A stretch of DNA of 64,000 nt from Octopus sinensis (GCF_006345805.1 NC_043000.1:36580001-36644000); one strand, 5' to 3'. Shown: positions 26,140 through 39,679, counted from the first letter of the stretch. A program made the numbers and translations. The notes: generated by a model from the sequence alone, not told the origin.

Positions 26140-26530
26140 CAGGAGTGGCTGTGTGGTAAGTAGCTTGCTAACCAACCACATGGTTCCGAGTTCAGTCCAA
26201 TGCGTGGCATCTTGGGCAAGTATCTTCTGCTATAGCCCCGGGCTGACCAATGCCTTGTGAGTGGATTTGGTAGACGGAAACTGAAAGAAGCTCGTCTTAT
26301 ATATATATATTATATATATATGCATGTGTGTATTTGTGTGTCTGTGTTTGTCCCCCTAGCATTCCTTGACAACCGATGGTGGTGTGTTTACGTCCCCGTC
26401 ACTTAGCGGTTCGGCGAAATAAACCGATTGAATAAGTACTGGGCTTACAAAGAATAAGTCCCGGGGTCGATTTGCTCGACTAAAGGCGGTGCTCCAACAT
26501 GGCCGCAGTCAAATGACTGAAACAAATAAG
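26140..26530 (+). mobile_element. SINE family A, full-length
   Basis: tRNA-like head (tggctgtgtggtaag; gagttcagtcc), internal TA/TG tract, tail ggcggtgctccaacatggccgcagtcaaatgactgaaac. Confidence 0.92.
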
Positions 26531-26537
26531 AAAAAAA

Positions 26538-26593
<56 letters not shown>

Positions 26594-26602
26594 TATATTA
26601 AA

Positions 26603-26976
26603 CTAGCAGTATAGCCCAGCATTGCTCGGGCTTGTTTTCTTTTCGACCCTTTAGAATTGGAATTTTTGAAAAGTAAAAGTTTTGCATTATGTAGCTTGTT
26701 ATTCTCTTTAAGTGAACATTTTTCTGGTTGAAATACACCGAAAAAAGGGCGACACAGCAGTCAAAAGATCGTAAAAAATAGGGATTTTCATAGAAAAAAA
26801 AGCACCTTTTTGATGTAAATAATTTTTGGTGTTAACATGGTCCGATTTGAAGAGCAAGCCTTCTTCTATCATACTCTCAATTTTGGCCAACTTGCGCTGC
26901 AGGGTCTCGGAGGAGATAGTGTTAGTTGAAGACTACCTGCCATACACAGACAACTTCAGCTTTATATATAGAGAGA
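26603..26976 (-). mobile_element. Non-autonomous Helitron-like element
   Basis: Minus strand: A|TC 5' end at 26976, subterminal hairpin (26614-26632), CTAG|T 3' end at 26603. Confidence 0.65.
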
Positions 26977-27331
26977 TTAGAGATAAAACCACTATTAAGC
27001 GAATCAAACAGTGAAAATCATAGAAATAAAATTAATTAAAAATATATAAAAAATATAAAATATAAAAATCCAATTAAAATATTTAAATCAAAGTTAAAAT
27101 TTTAAAAAATTATTTAAATTAATAATTTAAACTTATAAATTATAAATATGTATATATTTTTATAATTATTTTATTTAATTATTTATTTTTTTATTATATT
27201 TTTTATTTTTTATTTTTTATTTTTTAATTTTATTTTTTAATATTTTTATATTTTTGATATTTTTTTATATTTATTATTTTTTTATAAACTATCGAAAAGT
27301 ATTAAAAGTTTAATATATAAATATATATATG

Positions 27332-27375
<44 letters not shown>

Positions 27376-27555
27376 ATATATTGTTTCAGTCATTAATTGC
27401 GGCCATGATGGGTCACTGCCTTGAAGAATTTTCAGTCGAATGAATGGCACCAGTACGTTTTAAACACAGTAATCTGATATGAAAGATCAACGCTGTCATC
27501 TTCTCGTTGTCAACTCCCGACTGTTAACTGGTTTCTTTATTTTATTGGGATTTAC

Positions 27556-27593
<38 letters not shown>

Positions 27594-27601
27594 ATATATA
27601 T

Positions 27602-27970
27602 ATAATTATAACAAGGGCTTGGTTTGTGCCTCACCACGCACTGAAAAATAGACGTCAAGAGACACTATTACAATCATAAGTTCTCTGAGAGAAACGCTAC
27701 ATAAAAGACTAGCAAAAGAAAGAAAATGAATGAATACTTCGGTGAACCGCGTACACGATCGTGTTTCGGGCAATAGGTAATGTTTTTTATTACTTTAAGC
27801 CCGAAACACGATCATGTACGCGATTAACTGAAGTTTTCATTCATATTCTTTCTTTTGCTAGCCTTTTATATAGTGTGTTTCTCTCGGAGAAATTATGGTG
27901 GTAATAGTGTCTCTTGACGTCTATTTTTCAGTGCGTGGTGAGGCACAAACCAAGCCCTTTTTATAATTAT
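27602..27970. mobile_element. Fold-back/MITE: ~170-bp imperfect inverted arms with a 27-nt loop
   Basis: aagggcttggtttgtgcctcaccacgcactgaaaaatagacgtcaagagacact... is mirrored at 27799-27959; loop 27772-27798. Confidence 0.85.
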
Positions 27971-28815
27971 TTATAAAATGTACCTATGAGGTTTTATTTC
28001 CGCGCTGACCACTTAGTATAAATAGTTTATGATTTTTACCCTTTAAACATTATTATTATTATAATTATATATATACACATACAAGATGGGCGTCTTTCAA
28101 TTTTCATCTTGGTCGGCGCTAGTCTATAGTAGAACACACCTCGTAAAGTTGTCACGCAGTGGGTCTGAACCCGAGCTCATGAGGTTTGGAAGCTAACTTC
28201 TTACCACACAGCTACCATGTATATAGTGACTTAAATATTGAGAAGAGAATTCCAAACATAAGGCAAACACATATTTATAACAGAAACCAATATATTTTTA
28301 TAGAATTTTGTAGACAAATTCTTACATACAGCCAGCAGAAGTCTCCTCTCTTTCTATCTCGGTACGGCTTCTCAAACAACTAAACGCATTGATCATGGCG
28401 TTTTTTCTTTTTTATTTCTGTTGGCCGTAAAGTCCCCGATTAGAAGTTATCAAGGTATCTTGTTGGCATGCTTGTTCGTCTCTTTCACAAAATTCACTCT
28501 TCACGCAGTAGTCTAGCGAGTTCCAAATCAGGACGTTTGAACTCCTGGACTCTTACCTTCATGTGTACCTATGAACCCTCTCCATTATATTTCCCTCCAC
28601 ACATCTTGCTGTTTCTTCTCACAATCATTTTCTATCTCTCTACCTCTCTCTCTCTCTTACTATCTCTTAATCCCTGTCTTTCATTCATTCTATCTTGACA
28701 TCGCTTTCTCCCCTTCTCCCACTCTCATGGCAGAAGTATAAATAGTACTTCACGCCATGTTGGTTTTCATTGCATTCCTACAAATAGACTTATATGTAAG
28801 AACAAAGGACTCGCA

Positions 28816-29379
<564 letters not shown>

Positions 29380-29962
29380 GTGTATATCATTTAATTAGAA
29401 CTGCAATGCAGCTTTAATAGAAAAGCATATTACTCTACCTTCCGTATTCGAGTACTATTTTTTCCAACTTCTTTTGCATTTATGTGCTTACTTGTGTATA
29501 TATATGGGGAGGGAGAGAGAGAGAAGCACACACATATCGCACTTAAAGGCGCAACTGTCCGGTTAATAGGTTCGCTTGGCAACCATGTTATTACGGGTAA
29601 AGTTTGTTTCTGTGACATCTTGAGCAAGTGTCTCAAGTCGAGTAAAACCTTGCGGGTGGATTTGAAAGGCGGGAAGAGAAAGGAGAATAATACAAGGTAG
29701 AAAATGCTAAAATAATTTTATCGTTAAGAACATTTTAGTGCCGGTTTTAACCTTTGCGACTTTTTCAACTTAAGAGTAAAGCATGAAAAACAATTAAATT
29801 GTGGAAAAATTAAATGAAATATTTTTTTAAAATATACTCATATTTTTCGAATGCAAGGGACATTTTCCTTTTTTCTGTCTGTCTGTCTGTCTGTCTGCCT
29901 GTCTTTTTTTTATTCTTGTGTTTATATGTGTGTGTGTTTGTGTGTGTGTATGTGTGCGTGTG

Positions 29963-30009
<47 letters not shown>

Positions 30010-30211
30010 AAATGGGTGTGTGTGCTTGTGAGTGTTCGTTCTCTACCATCGACTGATGAACGATGCTGGAGTGTTTACGTCCCCTTAACTTTGCTGTTGG
30101 GCAAAAGTGATATATAGGATATTTTTTTAAGCTTGTTACTTATTCTGACACTTATTCATATCACGGTGTTGCTGCAGCCAAATGACTGAAACGAGTAAAA
30201 GATATGCGCAC

Positions 30212-30252
<41 letters not shown>

Positions 30253-30928
30253 TGGTTTATATATGTATGTATAATATTTATAGCGTACTTTATGTATGTA
30301 TGTATGTAGTGTGGTTTATATACTTAAATTATAGAAGTGAATAGGCATAATAAAGTTTATAGTATGTGTGCGAGTGTGCGCGTCTGTGTGCGTGTGTGTG
30401 TGTGTGTGTGTCCGAATTTGCGAGAGAACTTGTAAAGATCATTTATAAAGTGACGTCAGAGTACAAGAATGCAAATCACATGTGCAATCAGTAACTCGGG
30501 AAATTTCAACACATGTGGCAAAATGAAATTTGCCATTTTAAAAATTTCTGTGAAGATTTTAATTATCAGCCAAAGAATATTATTCGAATTTTCTAAAAGT
30601 CACGTTGCCGCATAAAGATACACCTCACTGAAAGATAAGACTCTGCATATGAAACCTGCTTTATTAATAATTTGAGTGGCTATATCAGATTTCTGCATTA
30701 AATGGGTTAAATAATATAACCTGAGCTAATGTTCATTTGTTCTCACTTATTTAAATACATCCTTGAAAACTTCAAAAAGGCCTCTTACAACATTGAATGA
30801 ACAATAAAATATGAGTGATCGCTTATGACATTAACGTCACATTAATATATCAGCAATCTTGCCGAAGTGTACAGTGAATCGGTGGCTTTATGGTGGTGAC
30901 TAGGATTTCTCTCATATGAAACAACAGA

Positions 30929-30990
<62 letters not shown>

Positions 30991-31245
30991 CGTGCATTAA
31001 TACGGTGATGTACCCCTGAAATGGCCATAGGGAATGTAAATATGGTTTGTTTTTTTTTTTGTTTTTTTTTTTGCTTGGACACTGACTTTTAACAATAGGT
31101 TTTCCCTTATCTTGAAAAGTAATTTTTAGTCGAAAAAATTTCTAAACGATGAACTTTTCTCTTACCTTATATATTGTTTATTTATATATTTCCTATGTAT
31201 ATGTATTTTTATATCTTTTTTATATACTCTTTTTACTCTTTTACT

Positions 31246-31622
31246 TGTTTCAGTCATTTGACTGCGGCCATGCTGGAGCACCACCTTTAGTCGAACAAAT
31301 CGACCCCGGGACTTATTCTTTGTAAGCCCAGTACTTATTCTATCTGTCTCTTTTGCCGAACCGCTAAGTGACGGGGACGTAAACACACCAGCATCGGTTG
31401 TCAAGCAATGCTTGGGGGACAAACACAAACATATACACACACACTTATATATATATACATATATACGACAGGCTTCTTTCAGTTTCCGTCTACCAAATCC
31501 ACTCACAAGGCATTGGTCGGCCCGGGGCTATAGCAGAGACACTTGCCCAAGATGCCACGCAGTGGGACTTAACCCGGAACCATGTGATTGGTTAGCAAGC
31601 TACTTACCACACAGCCACTCCT
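31246..31622 (-). mobile_element. SINE family A, full-length
   Basis: Near-identical to the 26140 and 42383 copies in reverse orientation. Confidence 0.92.
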
Positions 31623-31939
31623 ACGCCTATTTATATATTTCATTATACTTTTATATATTTATTATTCTAGATGTTATAATGTTAAAATATATATTTATTT
31701 AGTCGCTAAAGTAGTATTCATTAACTTTTAAACGCGATAGACTGTATTCACACATTTAAAAAATATTTTTCTTATAAGCTTGTATTGATGAGTTGTGTTT
31801 CATCTTCCGTGATATTATGCATGTATATTCTATATGAAAAAAAAAGCATTATGTGATTAAATGTTCGAGATATGAAATGTTACGTGGATGACCTTATATT
31901 TGTTTGTTCTGCAACCATAGTTTAATATATATATGAGGA

Positions 31940-32080
31940 GCTTCTTTCAGTTTCCGTCAACCAAATCCCCTTCCAAGGATTTGGTCTGTCTGAGACAATA
32001 GTAGAAGACACTTGTCCATGGTACAACATAGTAAGACTGAACCCGGAACCATGTGGTTGGGAAGCAAACTTGTTACTCCA
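31940..32080 (-). mobile_element. SINE family A head fragment
   Basis: ggttccgggttcagtc...gacggaaactgaaagaagc. Confidence 0.7.
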
Positions 32081-32631
32081 CACCCACGCTTCTTTCTGTC
32101 TTTCTTTCTCTTTATATATATATATAATGTATGTATGCGTATGTGTGTGTATGTGTTGGAAACAGTCAAAGGTATTGATGTAGGCCATGACATAGTTAAA
32201 GAGTTTTCCTCTAAAAATAGAGAATTAATCGACAACTGTACACTCTCCAGTTTTCTCCAGTTACCCACTGAAACACAGAGAAGATGAGTGAAGAACTGGT
32301 GAAGAATAAAGACAATACCCAAAATAATGGATCTTCTTACTGGCTGCTAATCACGAATCTGTTTTTAGATATGACGAGTTATTTTCGTAACTACCACAGG
32401 AACAGTTTCGCTGTAATACGTCTATTTTGTTGTTGTAGATTTTGTTTATCTATTTTCTATTTTCTTTGCCTCTCGCGTTTTGTTTCAAACGTGTTTCTTT
32501 TTACATAATCATTTTATTTTTGTTCTCATGTTTGTGGAACTAAATTCAGCCGCAACCAATAGTTAAGGTATTACGTCCTTGAAGACATGATAAGAATAGA
32601 CAGTGTGTATGTAAGAGTGTTTATACATGTT

Positions 32632-32703
<72 letters not shown>

Positions 32704-33394
32704 GTGAATGTTTATGTATGTACGGGTGTGTCTGTTTGTGAGTTTACATATGTGCTTTTATTTGTATATATTTATATGTGTGCAGGTGAGTGTGTGTTTA
32801 TATATGTGTATATGTGCGTACGTGAACTGTTATATGTGCATGTGTGTGTATTTGAGCATATGTAAGCATGTCTGTATATACATATGTGAATATGTTTTTG
32901 TGTGTTTGTTCATAGATGTGAATGCGCGTTTATTTATGTGTATGCATCTGTATATGTGTATATATGTGTATGTTTTAAACGATATAACCCAGTAAGCAAT
33001 GATCGCCACCGGCTCACCCGTATTCGCCATCTTGCCCTATACTACTGCGCGATGAGATGTTTATCGCTCATTATATAGTTTTATCTCTAAGTCTGTAACT
33101 AACATACAAGACACCTGGGGTTAATAACTTAATTATTGAGTGAGATAATCTTTCTCTACGCACTTCTAGCATGCATCTCTCTATTTTAAACAAGGTTTTA
33201 TAATTCTCTACCCAGACCTTTACCCAACACCTCGTCAGTTCATGTCTATTTGGAGTCTGGAATTCAAATATCTGATTTCAAAAATTTGCTTAGCTATTCG
33301 AAACAGACATTTCTGTTTTGTTTGACGAAAGATGAGACGGACTATTTTTCATTTGAAATTATCTCAAGGCGGTTTTACAAACACCTTTGCAGTA

Positions 33395-33722
33395 TGCACA
33401 CACACACACACACACACACACAACACACACATACACACATGCGCACACACACATACGTATATATATATATATATATATATACATATATACATATACTATA
33501 TACATATATATAAACATATACTATATATATATATAAACATATATATATATATATATAATATATATACATATATACATATACATATATATAAACATATATA
33601 TATATATAAACATATATATATATATAAACATATATATATATATATATTTATATGCACACATACATATAATATATATACATATAACATAGATACATATATA
33701 TATATATATATATATATGTATA
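33395..33722. repeat. (CA)/(TA) microsatellite
   Basis: Direct reading. Confidence 0.95.
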
Positions 33723-33723
33723 T

Positions 33724-34022
33724 GGGATTGCACCTAGAAAGTTACCCTCCTAGACACAAGTCCGGGCAAGGTTGTTTATGGAAGACCAGCAGTCGCCCAT
33801 GCATACCAGCCTCCCCTCTCCATGCCACCAGTGTTATCCAAGGGAAAGACAAAGGTCGATACAGCTTGGCACCAGTGACGTCGTAACTCATTTCTACAGC
33901 TGAGTGAACTGGAGCAACTTGAAATATAGTGCCTTGCTCAAGATAACAACACGCACCCCGGTCCGGGATTCGAGCTCACAACCTCACGATCGTAAGCTCG
34001 ATGCTCTAACCACTGAGCCATA
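33724..34022 (-). mobile_element. tRNA-Arg-related SINE
   Basis: Head tggctcagtggttagagcatcgagcttACGatcgtgagg...tcgaatcc (A/B boxes, ACG in the anticodon position), followed by a non-tRNA body. Confidence 0.85.
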
Positions 34023-34054
34023 CATATAATATTCGTACACATATAATATACATA

Positions 34055-34920
34055 GACTTCGACCCCGTTATCAGCATGCAAAACTAAATGCAATACCCAT
34101 TAAATACACTGGACCTGGAGGCATTGCAATCCCAGAGGCACAGCTAGTGCGAGACCTGGGCATTTACATGAGTAATGATGCATCCTTCCATGTTCATGTT
34201 GCTAAATTGGCAATGAAATGCAGGCGGCTGACCCGATGGATTCTCAGAACTTTTCGAACAAGATTTCGGGAAACCATATTGGCCCTCTGGAGGACACTTG
34301 TCCTAAACCACTTTGACTATTGCTCTCAGCTATGGTCACCAACCAGTGTGAAATTAATCTGAGAACTTGAGTCAATCCAACGAAGCTACACGAATATAGT
34401 CTCTATGCAGCATATAAGCTACAGGGAAAGACTCAACAGATTAAGACTCTATTCCTTAGAGCGTATGCGACAAAGATATGCCCTAATATACATCTGGAAG
34501 ATCCTAGAGGGACTCGTCCCAAACTTTGGCATCGAGAGTCACAAATACTATAACTAGGCGCCACTGCATAGTGCCAAGGACTCCAGATTTGCCATCAAGT
34601 TAAAGGACAAGATAATGCAAGAGTCTGGGTTTCAGAGGACCACAGCTCTTCAATATCCCCTCGAAGGACCTGAGAGACCTGCATGGGGTGGACGTAGGTG
34701 TCTTCAAAATACAACTGGACCTCTCACTGCCAAGTGTCCCAGATGAACCAACTTCGCGGCAGGAGGTTCACATGAGGGCAGTGGCATCAAACTCCCTCAT
34801 GCACCAAATGTCAATTCCTAAAAAACACCCGTGAAGTAAAATTATGTAGCAAAACCAAAGGGCGGTGCCCCAACATGGCCACAGCTCGTAAGATGAAGCT
34901 AGATCAAATCAAATCAATCT
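34055..34920 (+). mobile_element. CR1-clade LINE 3' end (decayed ORF2 C-terminus plus 3' UTR)
   Basis: RDLGIYMSND...FDYCSQLWSP...LESIQR...RLRLYSLER...IYIWKILEGLVPN; terminal stem-loop and (CAAAT)n tail. Confidence 0.9.
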
Positions 34921-35567
34921 ACTGCAAATCGCTATCAATAATGAATAGGGAAGGAAATAGTTCCGAGATACTGCATCATTTCTGACACACAATAATATGT
35001 CTCAGAGATACAAAGAAATCCTCTACATGTTTTGATCTTGAAATAGCGATAACCACAAAGTAAGGACTGAACACAGAAACAACACCTACTATAGTCGATG
35101 CGGATAAGCACGGGGCCCAAATCGCCAAACGTACACGCTTAGAAATAATAGTAGTACTGGGTGTTGTATAGTGGCGGTCGTAGAATATTTTGATGTTCTA
35201 CTTGAAGGTAAATTTGTTTTATAATAAATAATTCTGCTTTTGCTGTATCATAACATAATCCTGTCATAATTTGTTTTCAAATCTAATAATACACAGAAAC
35301 CAATATCTACGCCAAGTTTTAGTCGTATTATAAGATAGAAATAGCCTGATCTTTATATATGTCTGAGTAAAATTTATGGCTGAGTGTTCGTTTCAGCACA
35401 GAAGCAGACTGTGTGACAACAACAGGCGTCATACGTCATAATAGAAAATATAGAACGATAACAAAAACCACAAAACCGAAAAAAATGGTGATTGGTGGCG
35501 CAGTAGAAGCATGGAATAATGATAGGACTACTGAATAGAAGGAATAATAATAATAATAATAATAATT

Positions 35568-35860
35568 TCAAATTTTGGCACAAGGAGGGGGATAAGTCGA
35601 TTACATCGACCCCAGTGTTCAACTGGTACTTACTTTAGTAACGGCAGAGTGGCCCTCGGCGGCATTTGAACTTAGGGCGTAAAGACGGATGAAGGCACAA
35701 GGCCAACTAGTTGGAGTTGGGTAAGTCGGTTACATCGACTCTGGTACACGACTAGTGATTTATATTTATTGTACCTGTTCCGAAAGAATAGAATGCAAGG
35801 TTGGCCTTGGCGCGATATAAACACAAAGGTTAAGAGCCGGAACAAATACTTAAAGCATAT
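35568..35860 (-). mobile_element. Two adjacent decayed SINE family B copies
   Basis: gtcgattacatcgaccccagtg...aactggtactt appears twice; (AAT)n abuts the tail. Confidence 0.75.
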
Positions 35861-36691
35861 TTTCCGATGCCCTAATGATTCTTATGTGACGAAGCTTATA
35901 ATGCTGCTGCTGCAGCTGATGATGATGATAGTCATAAGTATTACGTCATTGTGTGGAATGCAAAGCAACATCTTTGAAGAATGTGTAGAGACATCACCGA
36001 GAATTATTTCTAAAGGGTTGCTAATTGTTATGACAGGTATTAAGCAGGATAAATCGGTCCGAGTAAAAATAAAGCACAGAGATATGATAGCAAAAGCAGT
36101 GTGTGTCATGGATGGAAACAGTCCTAACAGGGCTTTGTTTTCGCTCAGTTCGTTACAGTACAAGGATGATTAAGGAAAGAAATTACCTTGTACGTCTGCT
36201 TAGCTAACAGTGCACTCACTGTAGTTTTGTGGGAACATATGTACTAGATACTTACTGTTTTCACTTTCTAAATACAGAACAACAGCAAATGGAACCAACA
36301 TATTTATCAACAGCATCACTACTTAAATGATTTTTCAAGGTGCAACGCGTAAAATCTATTTCCCCAGTTATTTTAGGTTTTACTAAAAAGAATTCTGCTC
36401 TGAGACCTGCAGGCATAGAAGATAATGGAGGATCAATTAAACAGGTTAAGATTTTCTTATCGCAGTATAAAAGAATAAATTTGAATATTGCGAACACATC
36501 TGTTTTCGAATCCCAAGTGCAATCTTCATATACACGTCGCCACACATACACACACACACACACACGTGCACGCAGACATGCAAACAGGTATATGCATAAA
36601 TACACAGACATGACAGAAGCAAACAGGCACACTTAAAATCGTTAACATTTATTTAAATCTGAAATTATACATTCAAAATATTTATCAATTA

Positions 36692-38964
36692 TCATAATGT
36701 GAATATCTGATATTTAGTAGACATGCCCTTTACATTTTTCAATGCAAGGACACTATTAGGTTTGCTTCTGATCATATGACCAATATTCTCTTGAGGAATT
36801 TCTTGCCAAGTTTCTTGCAGTAATCTCAAAAGATCTGGCTTTGAAGATGCTTTCTTGTTCTTTTTATGAAGTGTTCTGTCCATTATGGCCTAGAAGTGTT
36901 CAATGGGGTCCATATCCGATGACCGGTTTGGCCATGAATGCTTTTTTATATCATTCTTTTCCAATCAGTCTTGCGTCTTTTTAGCCGTGTGACAAGGAGC
37001 CCCATCTTCCATAAATAATCTTCTTTAATCATATCAGCACTGGAGAAGGCTTGGAAGAAGTCCTTTCTGCAATATGGACATATATTTATCTGAGTTTATG
37101 TTTCCTCACACTCCGCCAGCTCTGATCAACTATTGTTCCAAATTGCTCCTTAGACAATCACAGAATAGCTGCCGTGTTTCATTGTTGGCTATAATCTTTT
37201 CACGTCAAATTCTTGATCACAGAATCTCTAGATCCACACTCGACTACTGTCAGAAAATATTAAGTTGTTCCGAAAATAATGGCCGCTCTAAGTGTTACGG
37301 TTTGAAACACAATTTTATCACTGTATTTTAATTATATCTTAGGCGAATTTTGGCATACTTATTAATTGGTGTATGCTCTTTAATAATTTTCTACTTATTT
37401 CGGACAGAAAATATTCTTGAAGCATAGGCGCCCTTAAATATTAACATGACAAAAAGGACCTTCGCTTACTTTTCTTCCATGAGTTTAAGCTTGGGGATAA
37501 GGCCTCCCAAACAGCTGCCAATATCATCAGAGCATGGAGAGAGGGGTCCACAGATGATCGCACATTAAAGAGGTGGTTTCAGAAATTCCGTAGTGGTGAT
37601 GAGAGCCTTGAAGATGAAGAAGGTAGAGGATAGTCATGAGGTCTTGACAATGAACAATTGAGAAGTGTCAGAGAAATGTCTCAGGTACTTGGTGTCGGTA
37701 ATGCAACGGTCTCACGCAATCTGGAGAAGATTTGTAAGGTGAAAAAGCTCGATAAATGGGTACTGCATGAGCTCAATGAAAATCAAAAGTTCGGCGTTTT
37801 GAAGTGTGCACCATGCTCTTTCTGGGAAACACCAATGATCCTTTTCTTCGCCGAATAGTTATTTGTGATGAAACGTGGATCCTTTATGATAACCGTAAAC
37901 GATCAGGTCAATGGCGTGATCGTGATGAGTTCCCCAAACATTTCCCAATGTCAAATTTCCATCAGCAAAAGTGACTGTCTGGTGGCTTAAAATGGTGTTG
38001 TCTGTAACAGCTTTCCGAAAGCCAATCAAAGCATTACAGCAGGGTTTACTGCAATCAACTCGCTGTAATGCATGCTCACTTGCAAAAAATGAGACCTGCA
38101 TTGATGAATCGGCGTGGCCCAATTCTGCTCCATGATAATGCAAAGTTACATGTTGCAAGAATGACGTTGCAGAAACTCAGTCTTGGGATACGAGACTTTG
38201 CCACGTCCTCCACATTCTCCAGGCCTTTGCCCCACTGACTACCATTTTTCAAGCATTTAAACATGTTTTTAAATTATAAAACTTTCAGGTCCCAAACCGG
38301 AAGTGGAATCAGCTTTCAAAGATTTCTTAGCATCAAAGCCAATAAGTTTTTATCAACGAGGCATAAATAATCTTGTTTATCGATGGCAGAAATGCATGGA
38401 TGTTCACTGCTTATACTTTGACTAATCAAAACATTTCTACTGTTAATTTTTCCAGAATAAAATTGTTTCTGAAATCGGCCATTATTTTTGGAACTACCTT
38501 ATACAACAAATCGGGGCTCATCAGATAATACGATAGTGTCCCAAAATGCTAATGGTCTTTCCACCATCTCACCGGCTCAATCTTTTTTCCGCTTGATATT
38601 GGCTGGTCGAAGAAGTGACTTCCTTCTTGCTGCTCTCTCATAGTTGCCAAATTTGCAGAGATACCTGCCAACTTTTCTGAGACTAATATCAACGTGTTCT
38701 GCTATGTCAGAGACTTTCCAACGAAGATTATCTTTCACATTTTCTTAACAAAGCGAAGGATCCTGTCAGTGAGCCCTAGTCGACCTGGGCGAGGTGATGT
38801 GGACTCCTTCCCCTCTGTGGTGAATTACCCAATCACTCTATTAACTGTACAAAGCGGGATCCCAAAGTTTTCTGCGATTTTACGCTAAGTCCACCGTTAG
38901 ATCTGCCCACAATACGGCCTCTTTAAAATTCAGACAGTTCCAAGGCTTCTTTTGTACGTGGCAT
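36692..38964 (-). mobile_element. Decayed Tc1-type (DD34E) transposase, interrupted by a mariner
   Basis: MPRTKEALELSEF (ATG at 38964)...IVLSDEPRFVV|FSDSSRVW...PTMKHG...EDGAPCHTAK...WPNRSSDMDPIEH...KGMSTKY. Confidence 0.9.
37260..38501 (+). mobile_element. Mariner (DD34D) transposon, near full-length, decayed transposase 37446-38425
   Basis: 26-bp imperfect TIRs (ttaagttgttccgaaaataatggccg), TA duplicated on both sides; FFHEFKLG, KKLDKWVLHEL, ICDETW, LLHDNAK, HSPGLCPTDYHFF motifs. Confidence 0.93.
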
Positions 38965-39084
38965 AATTAAACATTCATTATGCGTCTATCGCATTCTATC
39001 ATGCTGTTCCAAAATATGTCCTAAAAGTTATGATGGTTTGCAGTGAGATATTCCACAATGTTTTGTTTAGTCTTCTCGAGATCT

Positions 39085-39520
39085 AGAATATCCGAGCAAG
39101 AGGATAATGTTTCGGGTCTTCAGGTTTCTGGTACTTCCTGTCTCTCTGTATAGTTGTGAAACTTCGTCTGGGGCCCTCAGGAGTCACCTGAACGCCTTTG
39201 GTACCAGGACGCTTTGCAGAATTATGGGTTACCATTTATCTCATTTCGCATCCAATCAGTGACTTTACTCAGAAACTGGGATGCGTCACACTACTTGCAT
39301 GACTTGGGAGCGCTAACTGACTGTGTGGCCATGTGACTCGATTTTCCGTGTTAGACCCTGCTAACCGTGTCCCCTTCACTAAAGATTCGGTTGGATTGAC
39401 GCTTCATGTTAGTCGACCACATGCCATATGGCCACGGCAGATGAGGAGGTTATCTTGTAGAGATTGTAACTGACTGGGACCTGCTTGAGGGGTCACTTGG
39501 GAGGATCCGGGAATATACTG
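39085..39520 (+). mobile_element. RTE-clade LINE ORF2 3' remnant
   Basis: Frameshifted segments resembling RVFRSLVLPVLLYSCET, HLNAFGTR.LCRIMGYH, ETGMRH and GHV.RF. Confidence 0.75.
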
Positions 39521-39679
39521 ACAGATGAGGAATACAACAATGTGCTGTAACAATGCATGCCTCCACATCTGGCTTGAACCCGGTGGATTCGTATGGGTGA
39601 TAACTTAGTCTCTATGGTTGTGTAAGTTACCGGGATCAGAACATTCCCTTCAACAGGACACCAGACCGTTGCTAGCAAT

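Noticed and set aside
33955-34022. tRNA-Arg-like sequence (also 46408-46480)
   Set aside because: SINE heads: no acceptor-stem pairing or Pol III terminator, and continuous with non-tRNA sequence.
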